DNA of 64,000 nucleotides from Trichinella spiralis (Eukaryota): positions 1,230,990 to 1,294,989 of the forward strand of contig NW_003526945.1 of the NCBI RefSeq assembly GCF_000181795.1. Direction: 5' to 3'. Numbering within the stretch: the first letter of the stretch is position 1; the number at the start of each line of letters is the position of its first letter. The notes beneath the pieces are model-generated. The model searched no databases. It was not told the origin of the DNA and saw nothing but the letters and a program-made list of their open reading frames with translations. Position numbers and translations under genes: made by a program. Positions 1 through 12,041 of the stretch are shown in pieces.

Positions 1-739
1 GTATTTAATCAATTTCGATTCTCTATTGTATTGTTAAGTGATTATGACTTAAAATTGAAAAAATTGCCACTTACTGCTAAATGCGCCATTTTCTCATCGT
101 TAACGTTCATTGTCTTTGGATGTTGATTGAAAAATTATTTTTCAGAAATTATTCCAAAAATTAATAATGAATAAAAAGCAAAAATAGTGTTTGGCTTCAA
201 TGTTTGTCTTCAGTCAATTTTCCAATCAAAACGCTGAGCTACCATCCACGAACGGCCTCCTCCTGAAATGATTTCTATTATGTCAATAAAAGCAAGCGAC
301 CTCGCATGCAAATTTTTATTTTATTCATTTCTACTGATAAATATGGCTACTGTATATTTTTCGTTGGTCTTAATTTACTTTATTTCATAGATAATCCAAA
401 AATAATTACGATGCTTAAAATCAATGATAAAAAAACAATATGAGTTATAATGCATTTTAATTGTAAATTAAGTAAAATCGCGCAACTTCAAACAACACAT
501 TCATGCTAAGCACTTTTTAATTAAAAAATAAATAGAGACAACAAACACGTAAACGGTAAAAAATTGTAAAGATGAGTTTTAATAATACGAAAAATATGCA
601 AATTTAACGTGGTTCATCAAATTTAAGGAGTTTTTACGGTTATGGTCGCTGAAGAAAAAAATGACTTTGCAAAGCAGGATACTCGAATATCTTCAGACAA
701 ACGTCTAGCCGTGCATTTATTTGTATTCCTTGTATATGC

Positions 740-1440
740 TTAACCCTCCCCTGATCCTCGAATTGACTTTCCTACTTTTGTCTTCCTGGTCAAATTGACC
801 CAGATGTGATGCACAGGTTATTTCTCGATCATACTGTAACTAGGTATTTGTGCATTTTATTTTACAAGTTGCTGATAAATATTCTAATATAAAGAGTTTA
901 TTATTTTTCTGATAAGACGGAATATGGTGGATATACTTTTACACACTTGAATTGCAATATAATTGTGTATGATGCTTACAAACGTATTTCTGGCATTTTT
1001 GACAACGTACGCTTGTCTTGATGTCACTTGAAAGACACAGTTGACATGAGGCTCCTTTTTTTACCACTTCTGTCGGTATCAGTGCTAGCGCTTGTAGATG
1101 GCTGGTCAGATTCTTGTCGCAACCTTTCAACTGCCGTTTTTGCTGCTGCCGTTCTGGATAGTGTTTCGCGCCTCATCATTTCTGGTTCCACTAGAGCCTT
1201 GCCGAGTTCCTCATGGAATAATCGCCGTTTATGCAAATTGAATTCCATGTTGGGTGTGTATCTGTCCAAAGAACGCAGGCATTGTATTCCGATACGTCTG
1301 TCATGTTGTAAAATATTACCAATGGCCATCGAGCAGTCATTCTTTGACAAGAATACGCTGATATCATTTTATCCAAGTTATCCACGCCACCATTCGTATT
1401 ATTGTGGTATACAGTAATATCAGGCTTGTTATTGGACTTC
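740..1440 (-). mobile_element. piggyBac DNA transposon remnant: transposase C-terminus with frameshifts plus right terminus, 5'-truncated
   Basis: Minus-strand translation across three frames gives KPDITVYHNNTNGGVDNLDKMISAYSCQRMTARWPLVIFYNM (third catalytic Asp motif GGVD..D), KRRLFHEELGKALV and a Cys-rich C-terminal domain (CQLC..CQKC..VCKHH..YC). TTAA at 740-743 is followed by CCCT, the typical piggyBac end; near-palindrome GGTCAAATTGACC at 788-800. No left end recognised. Confidence 0.88.
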
Positions 1441-3154
1441 GCTTAGCTGCGCTACAAGTTCGAAGTGTTCAATCACATTCTAACGTTGAAAAAGTCATGA
1501 AGATCAACGGTATGTTCTGTTCCACGTGTCGTACACATTTCCACTTTTCCCTGTCTCCATTGTTCAAATCTGCAAAAATGCTACATTCAAATTTTACAAC
1601 TACATATTCATTTTTTATACAACAAAACTGAATATTCAACTTTTTAATATAATATGCAACTGCTTTTTAATTGAATGGAAAGTTCTCGAAATGGGTTGTT
1701 GAACAACGCTTTGAAAGAAAACCATACAAACAAGAAAAAAACGAAATACTTTTATAAAATTAAAAATTCACAAATCAATGGCTGTTTACCGCAAAAAATG
1801 AATTGACTGAGAACCACGCTTTTGTCTGCCACGTCACTCAGGTAACCTGGGGCATTGGTGTGGATAAAATAATTTTAAATCAAAGCTGATATGCATAACA
1901 GACAAACAATGCGTGCATTAGTGATTTTGCTCCACGTCCAACATCAACTGAACATTGAATGATCACCTTTCTTTCCGAAAACTGATTTTCAACCTCAGTC
2001 TCAACCGAATGTCGAGAGTGAAAAATTCAAATTCATTAAACCACTAATCTCCAATACTGAAACATTTTATTTATTATTCGGTTATGGTTATAAATTACAA
2101 AGCTATCAGGTATATTGCGATGTAACAAAAAAACTACAACTTACAAAAATGGGCGAGTTTCCATCACTAATCCAGCATCATCTTCCTTTTAGACTACTGT
2201 AAAAAATGGTGAATCACTTTCAAAAAATGAAAATTAAATAAGCAAAATCCAGTCGATTTTGGTGATGCTTGTCCGGCTTTGCAGCAAATACGCCACTCAG
2301 CAGTTGGTCGCGATCGGGCAGTTTTGTGCTGCATAACATATTTAATATTTATTTGCTGCTTTCAACTAAATTCATATAATATATCATTTGATAAACAATC
2401 TTCATGTCAAGTGCGAGCAAGATTGAACGCAATAAGATGATCAAATATGAACTTAATCAGCATCAACAGCACAATAAGATGATCAAACAACAGAATGACA
2501 AGGTTAAGGAAATGCAGGCACAAGTAGGGGATAACGACGAATCAGATTCGACCAATCGAAAAATACCTTACGCCTACGCATTTGTTCAATGTGTGGCATT
2601 TGTTTATATGCTACGTGTATTTGATATGCTTTATCTGTATTCCTAATTTTTTAACTTTTATAATTTAATGTTAGGCAAACCGGTTTGCATTTATCTTTTC
2701 AATACATTTTAATGGTATATGTTTAAATTTTATCCAAATTATGATTTTATCCCAATAGTTGTGCAGTTTAAATTCGATTGATTTTGTTTTCAAGATTAAC
2801 TTGGCGAAGACTAAAAGTTTTGGTAACTATTTATTCTTAATTTTAGAAGTTTTAATTATTAATCAGCTTTTAAAGAGACCATTTCACATTAAGTTGTGTT
2901 TTATTGATTTATGGAATGCTTATGCATTATAAAATTTACTTCACCTTCACACAAACATTCCGCTGACAGTAATTTTATTGTATTTCAAGATTAATATGTT
3001 ATTTGTCTTGTCAAAAGGCCAATTTTCTAGCATGCATCATTGTAAATTACGTTCAAAGATTATATGTGCTACGTTTCAAAACACGTGTGATCATTATTTT
3101 TACTGCTAATAAACCTTAACTGTTTTTTAATTTGCTAATTTTTACTTATTTCAG

Positions 3155-5583
3155 TTGCTTAATAAGACTACGTTTGACATAGAAGCATACAAGATGATTG
3201 ATAAAGAAATAAAAAGCAACGCTGTATTTATAATTGTAAGTTTGTTGTCCTCACATTTATCCGTTTACAATTTTCGGTTTAGCCATCGGTGTCAGTTGGC
3301 TTTGCAAGCCAACAAGCAGTAGACTTACTCATTTGCACATTAGACATACCTTTTTTGTGCCATGTGAACGCAAGCGACTGCTTCATACCCATGCTAACAA
3401 CTGATCCATACCATAAAGACAGTACTAAAATGGTTACGGCATGTTCCGCTTATTACAGTGAAACGCGAAATTTATTAATATTTCAGTTTCGCTCTGATAT
3501 TCTCGCGGTAAGATTATATAAATTCTTTAGTTTCATAGTCCCATGAATTTTTTTAAAAATATTTCTGAAATGTATTATTCATTCATTTTTAAATAACAGT
3601 GTTAAATATGGTTATTGTGATTCATGTGTTGAGATTGTTTGAGGCATTTGGCGAATTGTTTTCGAACTATTACTGCAGAAGGTTGTGTTAACAGTTACAT
3701 TATTTAAACTCATTTTTTCTGCCTTTTATTTTTGATGGGAAAGAAGAATAACTACCGTACACTTATCTGACGATCAAGTACAATATTGCCAGTGTTGAAA
3801 ATTTTATTTAAAATGTTCTTAGTTTTTATTAATTATTCACTTGAATACAATATTGGAAAGGTTGCTATTACTATTTTCTGTTCTGATTCAAGTATGGTTT
3901 GTATTATATGTAATAGTGTTTGTTTTGTTGATAATGAGCTCAACTTACTCGTAGAATGCTTTTACATTTCTCCAGTGAGAATGTTTTGTTCTACAAAACT
4001 GAGGTATTAATTAAAATTTCAGTAAAAATGTAAGCTGATCAGATTAGAGTCTAGCACTTAATATTTACTGAAAAGTGAAAATGTTGATTGATGAGATTGG
4101 GTGCTGTTTATTGTTGAAGAAAGAATGATGGTATGTATTGCTTCAGCAGCTGCCAAATCAATTTATCGTAGAATTAGTTGCAATTAGAAATGACGGTTTT
4201 CAAATTGCAAAAAATAATGTCAGTGTATATTTATCAGAGAGAATAATTAAGCGAGGTAGTTGTTTCCAGTTTTGCGTTGGAAAAATGATTGACCGATTGA
4301 TTGCTTGATTGTGCTATCGAAATGATGCGCAGACGAAGTTGCACTAGTTGAATAGGAAGGGCACGTGTTTGGCATTTTTCGTCTGGCAGTATATATATAT
4401 ATATATGTTGTTGTTGGGTATTTTTGCACGTTTGGAACCGGGCAAACTTGTCGGCTTGTTTTCGCTTGTCAGCTGACTGTTCTCAGTGGTGATAGGATTC
4501 AAGATGTGACGTTTGATGCCTGAAAACGGGGCAACTTTTGCACCGGAACGTTCGGTTTGCACGAATGTTTGTGCAAATTTGCTTTTCGACATTATTTCAA
4601 TTTCAGCTCAACAAATTTTATGCCTCGCAAAACATTCATTCGATAATGCTGAAAATTCCAGCAATATTTTGGTTATGTATTATATGAAGCAGCAAATGTT
4701 GTTGCTTCAAATTCGGCTTTTTAAAAATAGAACACAACAATATTTATATTTCTGAAGTGATGATATTCAATCAATCACAGAGTTGCAAAAAGCCTATGCA
4801 ATGAAAAAAGAAACCTATAATTACAACACGAGTGTAAATCGATAATTTTTTTCTTTATATTATACTTAAGCACAAACGCGCGGAATTTGTCGAACGTTTG
4901 CAAGAATGGATAATTGGGATGAAATTTCAAGAGGTGATTTTGCTTTCCACCGCCTGGGCACCGTTTCGACCAGATCCTGAAACGTACATCAAGTACATAT
5001 TTTACACATATAATTAATTTGCAGGATAATTAATTGCAAATACTACTTTGAATATTTCTTTTTCTCGTGTTGCTATTTCTCATTCTTTTTTTAGCGTTGA
5101 CGTTTATTACATGCTGTCGAAAGAGGCGAGCAAAACTGACGACGATATGAAAACACTTCGCTTGAAAAAGTTCGACACCAAGATGTTGCCAAAGGAAGAG
5201 CAAAAGCTGACCGGCAGTGGATTCACAATGGAACTGTTCAAAAAGCTGTAAAGAAAAAAAAACAAAAAGAATACCAAAATTTAAATAAATTAAAATTAAT
5301 TTTCCAGTGACGATGCGAACGTTCCGTTGATTGTTCTGATACGATACTGCGACGAAAGTATGGACAACAGAAGCGATGCAATAGCTCAGTTTGAAGCGCT
5401 GGTGGCAATGCAGTTCGAACGTTCCGAAATTCCAGTACGTGTTGTTGTCGTTTTTAATAATTAATAATAATAATAACAATAATAATAATAATTATAATTA
5501 TAATTATTATTATTACTGTTCAACTGTTTTGCCCGTTTTTTCTGTTTCAGGAATTACGATTACCATACACATGGGAACGATAA
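3155..5583 (+). CDS. PSMG2: Proteasome assembly chaperone 2 (PAC2), multi-exon; start uncertain (ATG 3194 or an upstream exon)
   Basis: Exons: FII|PSVSVGFASQQAVDLLICTL..DCFIPM..QFRS (3283-3507); FVERLQEWIIGMKFQEVILLS (from 4871); LTGSGFTMELFKK; PLIVLIRYCDESMDNRSDA; last exon ELRLPYTWER* (5551-5583). They match PAC2 motifs SVGNxxQLxxDL, GGG, LLKFxSEGDNxxDA and PxSW in order. Confidence 0.8.
5461..5516. repeat. (AAT)n/(TAT)n microsatellite in a PSMG2 intron
   Basis: Imperfect aataataat...tattattat run read directly. Confidence 0.85.
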
Positions 5584-6077
5584 CCAACCAACCAACCAAC
5601 CAACGAAGAAAAAGAAGGATGCTAATTTTCCATGCCACACATTTACTAAAAATCTAATTTGAATAAATAAACAGAACAGAACAAACAATTGTTCCATGTG
5701 AATAGCAACAGTATATAATCAAGAATAGAAATCGTATTTTTCTCTCCATCTTTCAATTTCAGAAGACAAAATTAAGCAATGATGAAGAGAGATGCAATAA
5801 ATAGAACTGTTGCTGCTGCTGCTGCTAATTTTTAGAAAAAAATTGAAAATTAAATAATTACCCTAGATACCAAGAGAAAAAAATTCCCAAAACATAATTG
5901 TTACTCTACTAGATAAAAGCGAAACACACACTGCCTACGAGAAAAAGAAATATCCAATTAATTATCTAATAATCAATGTTATGTGTGTGTGTGTCTTTTT
6001 CTGCAACCTTGAACCACACGAAACGAAACGAAACGAAACATTGCTTCTACAAATTCTGCCCCTCATCACACATTCCA

Positions 6078-8880
6078 TCACATTGCTTTAATACGTTGCT
6101 CTTGTGCATCCAATTCAGCCTTGATCTCGGGCGGTAAATCGGAGCCGATCTGTAATAAAATGAATTTTTGAACATTTTCTCAATAAAATAAATAAAAACA
6201 AAACAGAAACTTTTTCCAGATGTAATTCAATCAAATGAAATTAAATTAAATTACCTGCTCATCGAAAAATTTGCGCACTTCCTTCGAATCTTCGAGCCAA
6301 TAATCTTTCGGCAACGAGAACAGCTCATCCCAATCAACGTTCAAACCTTCCGTATTGATGGAACCTGAACAACAAACGAAGAATAATTAATAATAAATTT
6401 AAGCATACAAAGAGAATAGAAAATGAAAAAAAAACCAATTAATCACCTTTCTTCGGAATCAAACCGATCGCAGTTTTCGTGGCGATATCTTCGTCGTCCA
6501 ATCGACGCAAAATCCAATCAATCACTCGAATATTATCGCCAAATCCGGGCCACAAAAATTTCCCATCCTTGTTAACACGGAACCAATTAACGTGGAAAAT
6601 TTTCGGAGTCTGAAATTGAAAAAAAAGAAAAATCTTTTTTCTTTTAATATTTTTTTGAAAATAAATAAATTATCGAGTAACCTTATGCGGTGGCTTGCCA
6701 ACGTTGATCCAGTGTTGCAAATATTTTCCAAAATTGTAGCCCATGAACGGTCGCATTGCCATCGGATCATGCATGATCTTCTTTCCTAGAACAATAAATA
6801 AATGATTTTTTATTGAACATAAAAATGCAAAAATTAAAACTTTGAAACAAAAAACAAAACCTGTGTGCTCTGCCGCTGCGGTGGCTTCGGATTTCAAGCA
6901 AGCGCCGGTGAAAATTCCATGATGCCAGTCGAAAGTTTCAAACACAAGCGGTACACCTGTAAAAAGGATAGAACACAGAATTTGTTCGCTGTGATGATGC
7001 AGATAGATCAGTAGGAGAAAATTAATTTTCAATACCTTCAGGACGACGACCACCGAATATAATCGCGTCGATTGGAACGCCCGCACTGTCTTCCCATTTT
7101 GGATGCATAATTGGGCACTGATTTGCCGGCGTGGTGAAACGAGAATTCGGATGCGAGGAAACACCCGGCATGCCAATTTTCCACGGTTCATTCAACCAGT
7201 TGGTCATTTGAATGTTCTAAAATTGCACAGTTATTTTTGTTGTTAATCACTGTAAAAAAAAAATTCCAACCCTACCTTATCGGGAATCTCGTGCTCCATC
7301 CCTTCCCAGAAGACACTTCCATCGGCCGTTTCGGCAACATTAGTAAAAATGGTGTTCGTCATACAAGTGTCCATGGCAATTGGATTCGTTTTGTGCGACG
7401 TTCCCGGTGCCACACCGAAAAATCCCGCCTCCGGATTAATACCAACCAGCTGTCCATCTTCGCGGAATCGCATCCACGCAATATCATCGCCTGCAAAAGA
7501 AAAGTGCCAATGCAAATGGAAAATTTGGAAAATTGAAAAATTACCGCAGCATTTCACTTTCCAACCGGGAAGCGTTGGCAACAGCATTGCCATGTTCGTT
7601 TTGCCGCATGCGGATGGAAAAGCAGCGGCAATGAAGCGTTCTTTGCCATTCGGTCCGGTGAAGCTGGATAGCTGAATTAAAATTATTAAAAATAACAAAA
7701 AAATTCATAAAAGAAAAAAATTTTTTTAAATAAAAAAGAAACTGTTATACTAGCATGTGTTCGGCCAACCAGCCTTCATCGCGTGCAATGTTGCAAGCGA
7801 TGCGCAGTGCAAAGCACTTCTTGCCCAAGAGACTGTTTCCACCATAGCCAGATCCGAACGACCAAACTTCACGCTCCGCTGGACGATGTGCAATCAATAC
7901 TTTCTCCGGATTGCACAACCACTGATTGACGATTTTTTCTAAATGGAAAAATTAATTTTACTATTAATAATAATACAGTAGATTGAATTGAAAAAAAAAC
8001 AAATATATAAATATAAATATAAATATCTGTACTGTTGACTGGTCGAGGACAACCCAATGAATGAATGCAGCGCACAAATTCATTTTCGCCCAACACTTTC
8101 AGCACATCCAACGAAACACGTGTCATGATGCGCATGCACATCACAACGTACGGACTGTCGGTCAATTCAATGCCAATCTTGGACAATGGACTTCCAATTG
8201 GTCCCATGCTGAACGGAATGACGTACATGATACGTCCTGAAAGAGTGAAAAATTATTTAAAAAAAACTGCTGCATAAGAAACAATGTCAACGTGTCAACA
8301 CCTTTCATGCATCCCGGAAAACGATCGTCCAATTCGGTTGCCAATTTTTCAGGACTCATCCAATTGCCCATGATCGGCTGCACATCCGGTGGTGTGTGCG
8401 TGACGGACATATATTTGTCCGGTGTGCACATGAAGGTCTTGCTTTCGACGCGAGCCACGTCTTTCGGATCAGTGCGACAGAGAAAACTGAAAAAAGCAAA
8501 AAAAAATTAATTATTATCATTCGTTACCCTTTTCCATCATAAATACCAGTTTTGCATTTTTGTCAACGGAGTCAACATGCCGTGTTCGATCATTTCGCCA
8601 GTGATGTCGGTTCCCTCTTGGACGCTGCCGTCGCAGATGAAAATTTTCGCCGCTTGCATCAGAGTGGCTTTTTCGGCGACGAACTTTTGCACCCCCTTCG
8701 GCATACTTTCAAAATCACCCTGAAAAAACAAACAACAACAACACAAGATTCAATTAATTTGATAAACAAACAAAAAACAAAATTCACCTTGATGATTGGT
8801 ATATTGCAGACGGTCTTGTGTGAAGTGGTGCCAATGATCACCATGTTGTCGGCGAAGCTTTTAAGCGACTGACAAGACAT
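6078..8880 (-). CDS. pck: Phosphoenolpyruvate carboxykinase (GTP), multi-exon
   Basis: ATG at 8880 (MSCQSLKSF), stop at 6078 after [13 protein letters not shown]. Motifs [29 protein letters not shown] (P-loop), [51 protein letters not shown]. Confidence 0.98.
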
Positions 8881-9541
8881 TGTAGATGAGAAACTGAAAA
8901 AATGAATTTGAATAATTGTACAGTACGCCAGACACCGCGGTCGCGGGCGCCCGCGCCGGTGAAGAAATATGAATATAAAAAGAGTAAAACCAAACAAACA
9001 ACCAACCACTGCTGCGCCGAGAGCAGTGTCAACAGGAAAGATGCAAATAGATACAGATGCTTGAAATGAGCAGCAACTAGTGCTCTTGAACGTCAAACGC
9101 AATCAATCTGGCAGTGAAAATTTTGGAAAAATAAAATTGACGAAAACTGAAGCAAAGCTGAAGCGCACCAACTGCAGCAGCATCGTTTGCAGAAGCAGCA
9201 ACAGCAACAACAACAACAACAACAAGGAAAATAAATAGTAAAATGATTTTGAAAATAAAACGTTTCGAAATTTCTTTCAGCAAAACAAAACAGTCATCAC
9301 TGTTCAACTGTTGTGGAGCAAATCATTACAGTAAGGAAACCGTTCAAAGGAGAAATTCCTTCCGCTGGGGCCAAGTCCCGGCAAAGGAGAAATTTTGCAC
9401 AAAATGCAAACTAATAACAAACAAGTTAATAAACAAATAAATAAATAAGTACGACTTGAAATTGCACAAACAAACAAACCGACGGCACAGAAATTCCAAC
9501 GACACTGAATATTGTCGTCGAGCGTTCGTTCACCGACGCAG

Positions 9542-9607
9542 CCGACCGACCGACCGACCGACCGACCGACCAACCGACCGACCAACCAACCAACCAACCA
9601 ACCAACC
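9542..9607. repeat. Compound (CCGA)n(CCAA)n tetranucleotide microsatellite upstream of the PEPCK ATG
   Basis: ccgaccgaccga...ccaaccaacc read directly; it generates the spurious GRSV/TDRP repeat ORFs. Confidence 0.95.
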
Positions 9608-12041
9608 GCTGCGCCGTCAGACGATGCAACTGAACAAATTGCCAATTGCACCGCTGCACGTCAATTTTCGTGTACCTCATTGTCATTTGCAAATTTCCAC
9701 TTAAACTACAGACCGAATCTATTTTCAGCAAAAATTTGTTCAGTTTAAAATAAACAATCAATATATCAACAAATTTTCATATTATTCATTATAAATTTTA
9801 CAATTCCACTTTGCAAATGTACTAAAATAGCCCATTCTGAAACGGCAAATAACAATAACACGATAAAATTTCAATTAATTAAATTATTATTATTATTATT
9901 TGAAAAAAATATATAAAAAACATTCTTAAATTTATTTATTTATTTTAACGTCGAACCTGTTGAAAAACAGCTACAACTCAACATTGCTGCAGGACAACAT
10001 GAAAATGACGGTCAGCTACAACATGAAAATTTTCATCGTAAAATTCTCATTTCAATACTTCAACAATACCGTTGACAATTTAACACAATTTTTTAAACAA
10101 TAATAATCGATTTAAATTTTTTTATTTAAAAAAATATTGTTGATCACTTAAAATTTGTAGCAAATGTAAATGCAAGTACAATTGTACGTCAACATTTCAA
10201 ATCTTTGGAAATACGACGCAAAATTTTTATTTTCATGTTAAAAATATGAACATTTTTTAAATTATTATTTTTATTTTTATAAACAAAAAGAATTTGGCTT
10301 TATTTTTGCTTCTTCGTATTCATTTATATGCACTGGTGATCGGTGCATTTTTCATTTAGCTCAATTTAATAGAAACCAGTTGTGCTTGCTGAATTGAATT
10401 ATTGCCTAAAATTTTCCACACTTTCGCACGTTGAATAAGCGAAGCATACCACTGTTCGTTACTATTCTAAAAACGATTCACTTCTGATTTCAACATTCCA
10501 CTTTTTACATCACACAACTTTACCTTTTTTTTTAAAATCACTGTTCGTCATTATTCAAATTTCATTATGATCTGCTGTGAAGTAATTATTCATCAATTGA
10601 ATAAAAGAGCTGCATGATTAATTGCAATGTTCTACCTCAAAATCGTTACAAATTGAATGTTAGATTTTTTCATCAAACTGTAGTTGCCCAGAAAAATTTA
10701 AATAAATCCACTTCACCTTCGTTTGGAGATGTAATAAATGGTAAATTTGTCAATAGCAAAATTATACCAATAACATGCATTTACTTATCATCAAACGTAC
10801 ATCAGTTCTACCATTCAACACGGAAAACTGAATTCACATTATCAGAATGCCAATTTTTACTGTTTTTCTGTACAATGGGCTTTAATAGGCTAACTAAAAT
10901 CTGAAAACTACAATAAAACATTCCACTAAATTAAAATGAGTTCATATTGTCAGTGTCGATTTGTTTATTGCACATTTCATTGCTATTGACTTGCCAGTTC
11001 AGAAAATAAGGGCAAACACTTCTTTTCAATTACCACTTTTGAACGTTCATTAAAATCAGGATAGTTGTCAATACAAATTTTTAACAATTTAAACAAAAAC
11101 AACATTTCCTTTCGATAAAAACAACTTTCACTAAAATTAAACCAGCTTAGCGCAAACATAATTTACTACTTACTTTTAAATAATAATATATATGCAAAAT
11201 TTAAAGTTTTCGTAAATTAAATTTTAAAAAAAAAGCTAACCGCACTTAATAAAAAACAGCTAGATTTGCAAAGAAAACAGAGATCACTGTTACGTAAAAA
11301 ACTGACCCTGAAATTGATCACAATTAAAGACACAGTCAACGTGCAATAATCAAGTCTAAACAACCATTCACTCAATCATTTGTCAATACAAACGTCCAAA
11401 AATATCACTTACAGCATCAAGTACTTTTTTAATGCAATTTTATAGTACAATTTCCAATAAACATCTTCTGCTGTATCTTTCAAGCAATTTCTCGCTTCAA
11501 TTTCAATTTAAAATTTCATCATTTCAAACCACTGTTTAGCAAACTGAATAATAAATAAAATGAACAGCATCACAATTTCTCACTCTAAAATTCCCTTTGT
11601 CAAACTCAAACATACTAAATTGACAAATTACGCATTCATACACAAATTGATTCTTGTAAATTGAAAATACTGTAACTCTCTTAAAACTTATAAAATTTCT
11701 AATTAAAAAATGATTTGGAAAATTATAAATAAAATTCGTCTTTATTATGAATGATAAAGCAGAAATAATTTTATTCAACAGGGAAAATTTTGTAAAAATG
11801 TAGTGAGAATAATTGCCTTAAATTACATTTTTCGTATCATTTCTTGGAATTTAAGCATAAACATTGTCAAATGAAATAGTTGAAATGAAAAAAATGTTAT
11901 CCTTGCAATATATAATTTCATTTGAATAAACATATTTACCATAAACCTTAATTACATTTCACAACTTTTATTTCTTTTTTTCAAACTTTACAGTATGAAT
12001 TTTAAAAGTTAATGAAAAAATTCCAGTTTTCAGACTTTGCA

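Noticed and set aside
9304..9761. Four ORFs with GRSV/TDRP/TNQP repeats
   Set aside because: They are translations of the tetranucleotide microsatellite.
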